Below, piece by piece: positions 1-8,608 of a stretch of DNA of 64,000 nucleotides. Each line of letters starts with the position of its first letter. The stretch's first letter is position 1. The position numbers were made by a program, and so were the translations under genes. This DNA is from a virus. The DNA is taken from IMG/VR virus record IMGVR_UViG_3300034107_000725, positions 96,001-160,000 of that record, one strand, 5' to 3'. The notes under the pieces were generated by a model, which was not told the DNA's origin, made no database searches, and saw nothing but the letters and a program-made list of their open reading frames with translations.

Positions 1-1
1 T

Positions 2-1246
2 CTTAAGGCCGCGTGTAACGCGTTCAACACTGGTCGACAGCTGGCTCAGTGGAATGAAAACGATTCTGTGTTGGACAAGCTGGCAAGTTTCCCGCTAGCC
101 GACTACGACAACATCCACGATAAGATGTGGGGCAAAGCCCAAGAAAAAGTAGCTGCTGCTTCATTTACGCAGCCTAAGTTTCTAACTTACGACGAACAGT
201 TTCGCCAGGAACTGTTGAATCGTGATCTGAGTGCCTTCACCAAGTCAGCTTCCGCTGAGCCTGAGTTAAGTCCGATGGCTGCCGACGAGCAGGCTGACAA
301 TCGCACCAAGCGGGCTTACGCTAGTTACGATTACCTTAATCGACTAGCCGAAGAAGCTCGTAGAGAAAAGACTGCAGCTGCGTCTCAGCTCGAGAAGACA
401 GTCGGGCAACTGGAAGATTACTTCCGCAAATTTGCACACGATCGCCTGTCACTGGCTCACGTGCAACACGCTGCTGCAACATACTACGGCACAGCAGGCA
501 AAGCTCTGATGCACCACATCGCAGACCAGTTGCCCAACGAAAAACGTGCTTCGGATTACACTTCGTCCTGGAGTGGCTTTCAATTGGCAGTGGATCGCAC
601 ACAAGAGCCTTACACTTTGATTGAGGCATCTATCAAGCGAGCTGCTGCGTATCAAATAGCCATAGATCAACTTAACGAAGCTCAAGAGAAGCTGGCTGAG
701 GCAAAAAAGGCAGTTGCCCCTTTTTCTCAGCCCCGGTTCGAAAGCTCGAATGGGAGCCCAGTTACCCTGACTCCCTCCTTGCTTCCTGACGCCGGGGAAA
801 AAGAAGCCAATACCGGGGTTAGTGCAGCGTTAGCTGGTGGGTTAGGTATGGGTACTGCCAGAGAGCTGGGTGAGTACGCCATACATGGTGCGGACAGCAG
901 GATGCAAGGATTGCTGAACGAGCTAGACGATCCAAATCACCTTAACGAACTACGGAAGATCCGAGCTCAAACGGTACTTACTCAGTTGATGAGCGATCCG
1001 GAGAGCCCTATCAGTAGTTACGATCCGGAAGAAGTACTTTCTGCTTACAACGATATGATTAAGCTCTCGCCTAGGCTGGCTGATCAACCTTCGGCGGTTG
1101 GCCCACTGTTGAACAAGCGGTTATCGGGAAATATTGAACCGTTTGAACTCGGTGAGACTTTGAAACTGGAACAAGGGCTCAAGCAAACACAATCCACCCC
1201 GTCTTATATGGACTTGACGAAAAATGAAAACAGTATCGTTGGCTGA
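2..1246 (+). CDS. Head-associated protein, 5'-truncated (K-x-A-rich N-terminal part, Gly-rich hydrophobic helix then helical C-terminal domain)
   Basis: Frame is open from position 2 (LKAACNAFNTGRQLAQW...), so the GTG at 68 is probably not the start. Many K-x-A motifs up to EKEA (nt 797-808), followed by GVSAALAGGLGMG. Confidence 0.6.
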   Translation, partial: LKAACNAFNTGRQLAQWNENDSVLDKLASFPLADYDNIHDKMWGKAQEKVAAASFTQPKFLTYDEQFRQELLNRDLSAFTKSASAEPELSPMAADEQADNRTKRAYASYDYLNRLAEEARREKTAAASQLEKTVGQLEDYFRKFAHDRLSLAHVQHAAATYYGTAGKALMHHIADQLPNEKRASDYTSSWSGFQLAVDRTQEPYTLIEASIKRAAAYQIAIDQLNEAQEKLAEAKKAVAPFSQPRFESSNGSPVTLTPSLLPDAGEKEANTGVSAALAGGLGMGTARELGEYAIHGADSRMQGLLNELDDPNHLNELRKIRAQTVLTQLMSDPESPISSYDPEEVLSAYNDMIKLSPRLADQPSAVGPLLNKRLSGNIEPFELGETLKLEQGLKQTQSTPSYMDLTKNENSIVG

Positions 1247-2396
1247 CATTTCGTACGAGCAAGGCCTACAACTATTGGCACTGCGAAAGCAGGCCATGGA
1301 CGCTGGGCAAGTTCGTCGCATGACTCCGGAAGCATTGGCAAACACTTTTCCGCTTCGCAGCATCGGTCAAGCCACGATCGAAAAGCTAGCTGAAGGTGGA
1401 TTTTTGGATAGTCTAAAATCCGGAATTAAGAATGTTGGTGATAAGTACCAAGGCATAGATCCATCAGTTCGCAAAGCCTTACTGTCTACTGTGGCTGGAA
1501 CTGGATTAGGAGCTGCAGCCGGAGTCGGTTCAGCATACCGTAGGGGCGATAAAAACTACGGACGGAACGCTCTGCGTGGTGGTATTGCCGGGGCTGCTGT
1601 TGGTGGTGGTCTTGGTCTTGCCTTAAATCCGCAGCTGGCAAATAAGATACAGGAAAAGACTAAACCGGTAGTGGACAATCTGGATGCTAAAACGCAGCCA
1701 GGAGATCCCGCAGCTGCTAATTTACAAAGCAAGGCCACAAGCATTAATCCAGAGCTTGCAGGTCTGGCGACCGGGCTTGGTTCTGGTGGAGCCGCTATCG
1801 AAGGAATTCGTCGCGTGCATAATTATAAATCATACGATCCACAGGCGATGGCCAATCATCTTTGGGAAAAAGCTCAGACGGGTGCGGTTGGAGCTACTGA
1901 CGCTAAAGGCAAGATGAAACCTTCTAAGTTTTCGATGGAAGGTTTATCCCGTATGCTGGGTTATTCTCAGGCAGAAACCGTGGGTCGGGGTGGAAAGCTG
2001 GGTAAGGCCGAACTGTTACGCGAGCTCATCCAGAAGGGGCATGTGAATTCAGAAAGGCTTGCAACTTTACTAGAAAAAGCCGACCACGGTGCTAACGTCT
2101 TTGGAAAGATGAAATCCGGACCTACGTTTTTTAATTCAAAAACACCGGACACTAAATCGATGCTATCGTCCGTCGTGGGTAAAGAAGGATTACAAGAAGC
2201 GATGGAGGCGGCTGAACGCACTGGGTTTAGATCTGCTAAAGGTTCACTACGTCCTAAAAAGGTCGGGATTGCGGGTCTTTTGGCTACGTTGGGCTTAGGT
2301 GGCGTGGGCTACGGCATAAAGAATTATCGAGCCGATGCCGCTGTACGAAACCAAGCACTTGAAGCGGTCAAAAATCAAATCACAGATAAACCCTAA
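1224..2396 (+). CDS. Gly-zipper/hydrophobic-segment protein, putative internal head (ejection) protein
   Basis: 390 aa, four Gly/Ala-rich hydrophobic stretches (GTGLGAAAGVG, GGIAGAAVGGGLGLAL, LAGLATGLGSGGA, IAGLLATLGLGGVGYG), basic; sits directly before the protease. Confidence 0.45.
   Translation: MKTVSLADISYEQGLQLLALRKQAMDAGQVRRMTPEALANTFPLRSIGQATIEKLAEGGFLDSLKSGIKNVGDKYQGIDPSVRKALLSTVAGTGLGAAAGVGSAYRRGDKNYGRNALRGGIAGAAVGGGLGLALNPQLANKIQEKTKPVVDNLDAKTQPGDPAAANLQSKATSINPELAGLATGLGSGGAAIEGIRRVHNYKSYDPQAMANHLWEKAQTGAVGATDAKGKMKPSKFSMEGLSRMLGYSQAETVGRGGKLGKAELLRELIQKGHVNSERLATLLEKADHGANVFGKMKSGPTFFNSKTPDTKSMLSSVVGKEGLQEAMEAAERTGFRSAKGSLRPKKVGIAGLLATLGLGGVGYGIKNYRADAAVRNQALEAVKNQITDKP
1416..1427. 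promoter_or_regulatory. AAWTCCGGAWTT palindrome, copy inside a CDS
   Basis: TAAAATCCGGAATTA (1414-1428) is identical to 21061-21075. Confidence 0.45.
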
Positions 2397-2408
2397 GGTA
2401 CACCGCTC

Positions 2409-3893
2409 ATGGCTTTGATCAAATTTGTCTCGCCTTCGGGCTGGGATTTTGAGCAACGGATTGTCTCACCGATCAAGATGAGCAGTCGAGGTTTGATTGG
2501 TGAGGATCGCCGGGAATTCCTGAAGCGAGCCAGCCATGCGTTTTTGCCCCAACTGGACAACGTCAAGTTTGCCAAGGACGAAGTCCCGGTTCACTTGATT
2601 GCTCTTGGAGCCAGCGAAGCCTACGGTCCCAACCGTAACGGTGACGGCTTTAAGGAAGCGACCTGTCGAGAACACCACCACACGTTTACCAAGTTTGCCA
2701 AGTTCTTCCGTAACCATAAGAACAAAGCCGAGCGTGGTGATCCGTACTACGGCTACGTCAAGGCATCAGCTTACAACGAAGACATGCGTCGCGTTGAGTT
2801 GCTGTGTGCCCTAAATGCCGAAAAGTCAGCCGCAAATCGCAACGGTGGATTTGTTGCAGACACTGAGTTGGAAAAGATTGCACGTGGCGAAGACATGGCT
2901 GTCAGTATGGCCTGTCGTGTGCCACATGACGTCTGTTCCTTCTGCAAGCACGCTGCAAAAAATCGATCTGAATACTGCACTCGCGAGAAATGTGCTGCCG
3001 GTGGTTGTCAAAGTAATCTGACACGATTAGTGAAGGTCGGTAGTGATCTTCACCACCTGCACGTTGACAATCCTAATCCAACGTGGTTCGATATTAGCCG
3101 TGTCTTTCGTCCAGCTGACCGTATTGCTTACGGGGCTAAAGCGGACTATCTAACCAAAGCTGCTGCGGATTCTGGAATTTTTGAGTTGCAAGATTACATC
3201 AAAATGGCGGAGAATTCTACCGCACCGCTTGATGTGATTCTGTACCAATCCGGTCACCACGGTTTCTGGTCTGAGAAGTTCGCAGCTCAAGTAAAACTAG
3301 GATATGGACTAGCTGCACTTGAAAAATACGAAACAGCAAGAGATGCTAATACATATCGAGCCCACGCAACTGCCGATTTTCCAATCGAAAAGATGGCAGC
3401 GTTCGGCTCCTCCCAATGCGATACTCAGTTGGCTGCGATGGCCGATCGAAAAATCATCTTGAGTTTGAAGGATTACGCACGATTGGCAGGCCGAGAAGAA
3501 CATGTTAAAAGTGCTGCTGCTTTCTTACCGGGGATCTATTCTCATATGACCACCGATGAGTCGTTACCCCTCAGGGTCGAAAGCGGCATGTGCTCGTTTA
3601 TCGAAAAGACAGCCAACGAAAGCTCTCGTATGCTCGCGGCTACACTTCATGCAGAGTACTCTCTGCAGAAGGAAGCAGTTGAGGATCGGGGCTTTCTGAG
3701 TTGTATCCGGGGGCAGCCTGCTCCCGTGATTGTCCCGTATGAAAAGTCAGCCACTTGTGACGAACACGGTGAAAGGCTTGCCAAGGATTACGCTATGTAC
3801 AAATTGGCAGCCCTCTGGCGTGTCGCCGCAGTGGATACAGACTTTCCATTGACAGTGAGTTTGAGTCTCCGTCAAAATCGAGTTTTTCACTAG
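2409..3893 (+). CDS. Prohead (capsid maturation) protease with Cys-rich insertion and C-terminal extension
   Basis: HK97/assemblin-like motif order: FRNHKN (His), VSMACRV (Ser), CSFC..C..C..C cluster, WFDISRVFRPAD; located upstream of scaffold and capsid genes. Confidence 0.75.
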   Translation: MALIKFVSPSGWDFEQRIVSPIKMSSRGLIGEDRREFLKRASHAFLPQLDNVKFAKDEVPVHLIALGASEAYGPNRNGDGFKEATCREHHHTFTKFAKFFRNHKNKAERGDPYYGYVKASAYNEDMRRVELLCALNAEKSAANRNGGFVADTELEKIARGEDMAVSMACRVPHDVCSFCKHAAKNRSEYCTREKCAAGGCQSNLTRLVKVGSDLHHLHVDNPNPTWFDISRVFRPADRIAYGAKADYLTKAAADSGIFELQDYIKMAENSTAPLDVILYQSGHHGFWSEKFAAQVKLGYGLAALEKYETARDANTYRAHATADFPIEKMAAFGSSQCDTQLAAMADRKIILSLKDYARLAGREEHVKSAAAFLPGIYSHMTTDESLPLRVESGMCSFIEKTANESSRMLAATLHAEYSLQKEAVEDRGFLSCIRGQPAPVIVPYEKSATCDEHGERLAKDYAMYKLAALWRVAAVDTDFPLTVSLSLRQNRVFH

Positions 3894-3934
3894 AGAACGA
3901 GCGGAACTCTAAGCCGTTTAGCAAGGAGTGCGAT

Positions 3935-5272
3935 ATGAGCAATTCTGCAGTACAGTCGATGCGATCCATCGACCGATTTTTGCAGGAAGTCGCCGCAACC
4001 GAAAAGCGAGCTGCTGAAGCCAACAGTGAGCGAGGCAGTATCGGCGGAGCGACGACCCACCCTGTGAAAGATGTGGACGATCAAACGGAAGACGCCCAAG
4101 AAGGTTCTCGTTCAGCGGAAAACACCGCTGATGTGAAAGCCGATCAAGGCCCAGCCGCTGTTGATAACACACCTGAAAATGTTGCGGACAAAAAGGCAGC
4201 GGCTAAGCGAGCTTCGGCCCGCAAGCAAGCTGTCGACGGCAAGTCTGAAGACGGTGCGATTAACCCGCCCGGCACAGCTGAAGACGACCAACTTCAAATC
4301 GGCACACGTAAATCAACCACAGGTCAAGATCCTGCCGTAGAAACCTCTTCAGCTAAGGCTGAGAAGGAAGACGCAGCGGGTGGCCGCCTGGGCAATACAG
4401 CTCACCCTGCTCGTACCAACAATGGTGAGCTGGATGGTTACAAGTATGCCGAAATGCCGCTGGATCAGCTCGCTAAAGTTGCTTCCGACATGGGCAACAA
4501 CTTGTTGGCTCAACTGGCTAACTTGCAGAAACAAGCTGCAGGACTGGTCGGCGGTCAAAAAAAGTTGGACATGAACGGCAACGGTAAGCTCGAAGGTTCA
4601 GACTTTGCCTCGATGCGAAATCACTCGCAAGAAGAAGGCGAAGAGGATGAAGACGAGAAGGAAGCCGCAGATCTGGCCGGTCAAGCCGGTTGGGAACTTG
4701 CAGGTCTTCTGAGCGGTAACTTCGATAAGAAGGCTGCCGATTCCCTGGTGCGTAGCACTTTGGAAGAAATCATTAAGACTGCTTCCGATGATGCCGACAA
4801 GGTTGCTTCCTTCCTTGTTAGCTACGAGGAAGAACTCGTAAAAAAAGCTGGAGGTGAAATGCCCGCTGGCATTGATCCCGCAGCCATGGGCATGGGCGGT
4901 GCTGGTCCTGATGAAATGGCCGGTATGGACCCTGCAGCTATGGGTGGTGATCCTGAAGCTATGGGCGGTGGTGACGCTGGTGGGGATCAGGTCGCTCAGT
5001 TGGCCGCCCTGCTGGAACAGCTTGGCATTTCACCTGAAGAACTTGAAGCAGCTATGGCTGCCGAAGGCGGTCCCGGTGAAGCTGGTGGTGCCCCTATGGG
5101 CGGCGAACCTATGGGTGAGCCTGCTCCAGAACAGGCAAGTGAAGCTCCTGGCATGGAAGTTGAGGCTTCTGCAAAGCGACATGTCGCTAAGCAAGCTACT
5201 GCCAAAAAGGGTGCTGCTAACAACTTGGTGCGGGATTACATTCAGGAAATCCTGGAACGGTCTCGTCATTAA
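3935..5272 (+). CDS. Scaffold/prohead core-like acidic low-complexity protein
   Basis: 445 aa, Ala/Glu/Asp/Gly-rich, many K-x-A motifs, DMNGNGKLEGSD loop, GMDPAAMGG repeats; AAGGAG RBS; between protease and capsid genes. Confidence 0.6.
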   Translation: MSNSAVQSMRSIDRFLQEVAATEKRAAEANSERGSIGGATTHPVKDVDDQTEDAQEGSRSAENTADVKADQGPAAVDNTPENVADKKAAAKRASARKQAVDGKSEDGAINPPGTAEDDQLQIGTRKSTTGQDPAVETSSAKAEKEDAAGGRLGNTAHPARTNNGELDGYKYAEMPLDQLAKVASDMGNNLLAQLANLQKQAAGLVGGQKKLDMNGNGKLEGSDFASMRNHSQEEGEEDEDEKEAADLAGQAGWELAGLLSGNFDKKAADSLVRSTLEEIIKTASDDADKVASFLVSYEEELVKKAGGEMPAGIDPAAMGMGGAGPDEMAGMDPAAMGGDPEAMGGGDAGGDQVAQLAALLEQLGISPEELEAAMAAEGGPGEAGGAPMGGEPMGEPAPEQASEAPGMEVEASAKRHVAKQATAKKGAANNLVRDYIQEILERSRH

Positions 5273-5326
5273 TTCTAGGCTAGCATTCTGCTAGCTCCAT
5301 CTGAGGCAACTCACGGAGGTTTCCGT

Positions 5327-5767
5327 ATGAATACGAAGCTCGCAGCCCAGACGATTGAATTCATCGCCGCTTCGTCGGCGTTGAATGACCGTCTGATGGG
5401 CGAAGTGCAAGCTCATCGTGCTCGGGAAAAGCAGGCGGCTGCGAAGCGGCAGGCAGTTCTCGATCTCATGGTGAGCACAGGAAGTGTTGCTCCACATCAA
5501 AAGCAGGCAGCTGCTGGGATGTTGGGTGATCATAGTCAGAGTCTGGACCTACTGGTCAACGCAATCAACAAGATGCAGTCATACAAGGCAGCATCCGAAA
5601 AGGCGGCGTCTGACTTAGGACAGGCTGTGTCGGATCGGGAGTCTGGCGTTAAGTCAGCTTCCACGGTTCGTGACAGTTTGAACGATCCCTATGTCGGACG
5701 ACTGACTTCTGAGAAGAAGGCGTCGGACGTGGCAATTCTGGCGGTTCTGAACGCTCCGCGTTCTTAA
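5327..5767 (+). CDS. Small helical scaffold/internal head protein
   Basis: 146 aa, Ala-rich, 7 of 10 Lys in K-x-A; GGAGG RBS. Confidence 0.5.
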   Translation: MNTKLAAQTIEFIAASSALNDRLMGEVQAHRAREKQAAAKRQAVLDLMVSTGSVAPHQKQAAAGMLGDHSQSLDLLVNAINKMQSYKAASEKAASDLGQAVSDRESGVKSASTVRDSLNDPYVGRLTSEKKASDVAILAVLNAPRS

Positions 5768-5820
5768 CTTTCACACTCTAGGTCTATGTCAGGCCTTAAA
5801 TCGGTATCAGGAGGATTCCT

Positions 5821-6348
5821 ATGGCTGCTCCGCGGCAAATGACTGCCAACACTTTGAATGCGTTAAAAGGTTGGCCGCAGATGAATGCGGTCGATTACCA
5901 CGCGGCAATCGACTCGACGGTCACCACTCCTGTGCTTGCAGGCTCAGTGGTGCACGTAAACAGCTCAGGCAACTTTGTTCCGGGCGTTGGCAATCTAAAT
6001 GTCATGCCTATGTTCATCTTCAACAGCTCGGATGACCCAGATGTCTCCAATGATGGCGGCGACGCCTCAACGGATCCTGGCGTATTCATCCCTATTAGCC
6101 CAACTGGCCAGGCAATGGCTTTGGTGGCTATTGGGGCTTACGAGTTGGTAAGCACAGCTTACGTGGCTGGTTCTTACTTGCCTAACGCTCCGCTTACATC
6201 GGCTACCACCGGTGATAACAAAGGTAAGCTCGTAGCTGGCAACATGTACACCAACATGATCGTGGGATTTGTATCTCGCGGCGTTGTGGACAATGGTTAC
6301 GGTAAGAATGCTTTGGCATTCTGGCCCTTCCCTATTTTCCCTGATTGA
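5821..6348 (+). CDS. Capsid decoration/cement protein (probable)
   Basis: 175 aa beta-rich protein immediately upstream of the major capsid gene, the usual position of lambda gpD-like decoration genes; AGGAGG RBS. Confidence 0.55.
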   Translation: MAAPRQMTANTLNALKGWPQMNAVDYHAAIDSTVTTPVLAGSVVHVNSSGNFVPGVGNLNVMPMFIFNSSDDPDVSNDGGDASTDPGVFIPISPTGQAMALVAIGAYELVSTAYVAGSYLPNAPLTSATTGDNKGKLVAGNMYTNMIVGFVSRGVVDNGYGKNALAFWPFPIFPD

Positions 6349-6421
6349 TTTTCCAGACCCGTACCAGACTCGCAGTTGATAAGCCACAGGCTTAATCAAC
6401 TCAAACAAGGAGGTTTTCTTA

Positions 6422-7369
6422 ATGGCTAGCTCCACTATGATGACTCAGGAAGAAAGCAAACTCCTGAGCCAAACGATCTTCGAGAAGCTCGCTTCTCGGG
6501 ATTCGGGCCTGGAAAAGCAAGCAATTGACGCAGTCAATGATTTTACCCGCACCAAAATGCGGGAAGATGGCTTTTTCCGCCGAATTATGCCGCCAATCCC
6601 AATCTCCAACGACGATCTCGATCGTCAGGTAGATACGGACAAGCCGGTAAAGATCGTGGACAAAGAACCGAACAGCCCTGCCGCTGTTTCGATTCCTTTT
6701 GCCACACTGCCGACGAACCTGTACATCAAGGGTGACCGTTACAAGGTGACCTTCGATCGTATCGTGACACCTAAGTTCACGAAGGACGTCGATGAGCTTC
6801 GTACCTGGTACATGGATATCCGTCAGGTTCTGAGCGATAACGCCATCAAAGACATGCTGGCTGAAGAAGATGGCAAGTTCATCTCCGCAGTCAACACGGC
6901 TCTGGTTGGCCCTGGCCTGGTCGTCCCGACATCGGGCACGATTCAGTATCAGGAAATCTCAGGCGGTATCACCCGTGATACCCTGTGGGATAGCCTCAAA
7001 ATTATGCCAAACACGCCTTCGAACTTGGAAGTTCACTGCGTGCTGCTTAACAACATCACCATCAAAGAAGTTGCGAAGTTTACTCGTAACGAAATGGGTG
7101 GCGACCTCAGCGAAGAGATCATGCGTAACGGCTGGACTCTGAGCGAGTGCATGGGTGTTAAGTGGGTGATTACGATCAAGAAGGGTCTCGTGCCAACAAA
7201 CACGATGTACCATTTCGCTGATCCTAAATTCATTGGCAAATCGTATATGCTCGAGGATACTACAATGTATATCCGTCGGGAGGCATATTTTATCGAATTC
7301 TTCGCGTACGAGTCACTGGGCGGTACGCTCGGTCACACGTCTGGCCTTGCTCGCGTTGACTTTACCTGA
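6422..7369 (+). CDS. Major capsid protein (HK97 fold)
   Basis: 315 aa; FFRRIMPP, TPKFTKDVDELR..MDIRQ, KDMLAEEDGKF pattern typical of HK97/encapsulin-like capsid proteins; AAGGAGG RBS; hairpin follows. Confidence 0.85.
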   Translation: MASSTMMTQEESKLLSQTIFEKLASRDSGLEKQAIDAVNDFTRTKMREDGFFRRIMPPIPISNDDLDRQVDTDKPVKIVDKEPNSPAAVSIPFATLPTNLYIKGDRYKVTFDRIVTPKFTKDVDELRTWYMDIRQVLSDNAIKDMLAEEDGKFISAVNTALVGPGLVVPTSGTIQYQEISGGITRDTLWDSLKIMPNTPSNLEVHCVLLNNITIKEVAKFTRNEMGGDLSEEIMRNGWTLSECMGVKWVITIKKGLVPTNTMYHFADPKFIGKSYMLEDTTMYIRREAYFIEFFAYESLGGTLGHTSGLARVDFT

Positions 7370-7393
7370 TAAAAATTTCATAGGTAAGACGTT

Positions 7394-7427
7394 GCTCCTG
7401 GTTTATGCCAGGAGCCTGTCTTCCTTT
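7394..7427 (+). terminator. Stem-loop after the major capsid gene (weak terminator or mRNA-stabilising hairpin)
   Basis: GCTCCTGG-tttatg-CCAGGAGC followed by a pyrimidine-rich but interrupted tail (ctgtcttccttt). Confidence 0.5.
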
Positions 7428-7441
7428 GAGGAGCCACACTC

Positions 7442-7714
7442 ATGGCAGTAGCTTTTCCAGGTGCATATGTCGATCAGAGTATCACGGAACGTGGACCGTA
7501 TGATCAAACGTCAGAAGCTGTGGATGTCGGGAATCCCCCGGATCTCGGCTATGACCGTAGCTACGCGGTAGGCAGAGCCACTACACGTACACTGGATCTT
7601 TCTGGTCAGCAGACAGACCCTAAACCCTTCCCACCCAACAGATGGGTTGTAGGTCGTGACCCTTACGCCGTCGGTGGCGGTGTATACAGTTACCTCCTGA
7701 ACTCTGGCGGTTAA
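7442..7714 (+). CDS. Hypothetical small virion protein
   Basis: 90 aa, GAGGAG RBS, fills the gap in the operon. Confidence 0.6.
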   Translation: MAVAFPGAYVDQSITERGPYDQTSEAVDVGNPPDLGYDRSYAVGRATTRTLDLSGQQTDPKPFPPNRWVVGRDPYAVGGGVYSYLLNSGG

Positions 7715-7732
7715 CACCGTCGTTGTGGTTTT

Positions 7733-7746
7733 AAATTCCGGAATTT
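7733..7746. promoter_or_regulatory. Perfect 14-bp palindrome AAATTCCGGAATTT, intergenic
   Basis: Immediately 5' of the RBS of 7759..8154. Confidence 0.5.
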
Positions 7747-7758
7747 GGAGTATTCACT

Positions 7759-8154
7759 ATGTCAAAGAACACGCAAGCTCTGCCCAACGCGGCTGACGCT
7801 TACAATCAGTTGTTCGATGGCGTGCATGCTCAGGTCTTCCTCGGCAAGTTGGCCAGCTACGGTATTCAGCCTACGACTGAAAAAGAAGCTGCTGACTTGT
7901 TTGCGTTGGCCGGGCAACTTCGGCACGTCGATAGCCCTGTGAAGCAAGCCGCTGAACAGAGCCGTTTTGGAGGAGCCGTCTCGGCTCTTGATTCTGTGCT
8001 TGGTCACTCACCCGCAGCCCAACAGCATCAAGCTGCTGCCTACGGTGAAGCGATTAAGCAGGCAGCTGCTGACCTGATGCAAGACTCCAGCGTGTACAAC
8101 GCTGTGCTCTCGCTGAAGGCTCACGAAGCTGCTATCTTGGCTGGCGGTAACTAA
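7759..8154 (+). CDS. Small helical head-associated protein (K-x-A-rich)
   Basis: 131 aa; GKLA, EKEA, VKQA, IKQA motifs; GGAG RBS. Confidence 0.55.
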   Translation: MSKNTQALPNAADAYNQLFDGVHAQVFLGKLASYGIQPTTEKEAADLFALAGQLRHVDSPVKQAAEQSRFGGAVSALDSVLGHSPAAQQHQAAAYGEAIKQAAADLMQDSSVYNAVLSLKAHEAAILAGGN

Positions 8155-8167
8155 GGGAGCCCGATTC

Positions 8168-8509
8168 ATGCAAGATACAAGCTGCCTCTATTCCACCATC
8201 AAGAACACCTCTGGCGGCATCAAGAACTTCGGTTTCTTGCCTCCTCACGGTCGCACTTTAGCGAACAACGAAGAGTTCACCATCTTTGGTGACGTTCGTC
8301 AGGCTCTGGGCGGCAACCGTGGTAACGAACGCAGTGTTCAACGTCGCGATACCGCTGCGTTCGAAGCTGCCGTAGCCGCAGGCAATCTGACCATCTTGGA
8401 AACACCTTCTTTGGTTATCAAGGATACGGTGACGAACAATTCCAAGACGCTGCAATCAGCTAACGGTGTGCTTTCCGTTGTTGACCCATGCTGGCTTAAC
8501 TCCATCTGA
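8168..8509 (+). CDS. Hypothetical virion protein
   Basis: 113 aa, GGGAG RBS, operon continuity. Confidence 0.6.
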   Translation: MQDTSCLYSTIKNTSGGIKNFGFLPPHGRTLANNEEFTIFGDVRQALGGNRGNERSVQRRDTAAFEAAVAAGNLTILETPSLVIKDTVTNNSKTLQSANGVLSVVDPCWLNSI

Positions 8510-8551
8510 GTTTGAATCATTTAAATTCAGAAAAGCTGCCGGTACAATTCG

Positions 8552-8590
8552 AGGTCGGTTGGTTACAATGTGGCCAACCGACCTTGTCTA
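8552..8590 (+). terminator. Strong hairpin, probable terminator ending the head operon
   Basis: AGGTCGGTTGG (8552-8562) is the perfect reverse complement of CCAACCGACCT (8574-8584); followed by tgtctatt (weak U tract). Confidence 0.6.
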
Positions 8591-8608
8591 TTGATAGAAA
8601 GTGCCAAT

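Noticed and set aside
68-70. GTG 68 as the start of the first gene
   Set aside because: The frame is open from position 2, so the gene most likely begins before the window.
4864-4980. GMDPAAMGG repeats in the scaffold protein
   Set aside because: Ordinary low-complexity linker sequence; no separate function can be supported.
8570-8608. GTG 8570 as the start of the GT2 gene
   Set aside because: It lies inside a strong hairpin; the GT2 domain begins at ATG 8609.
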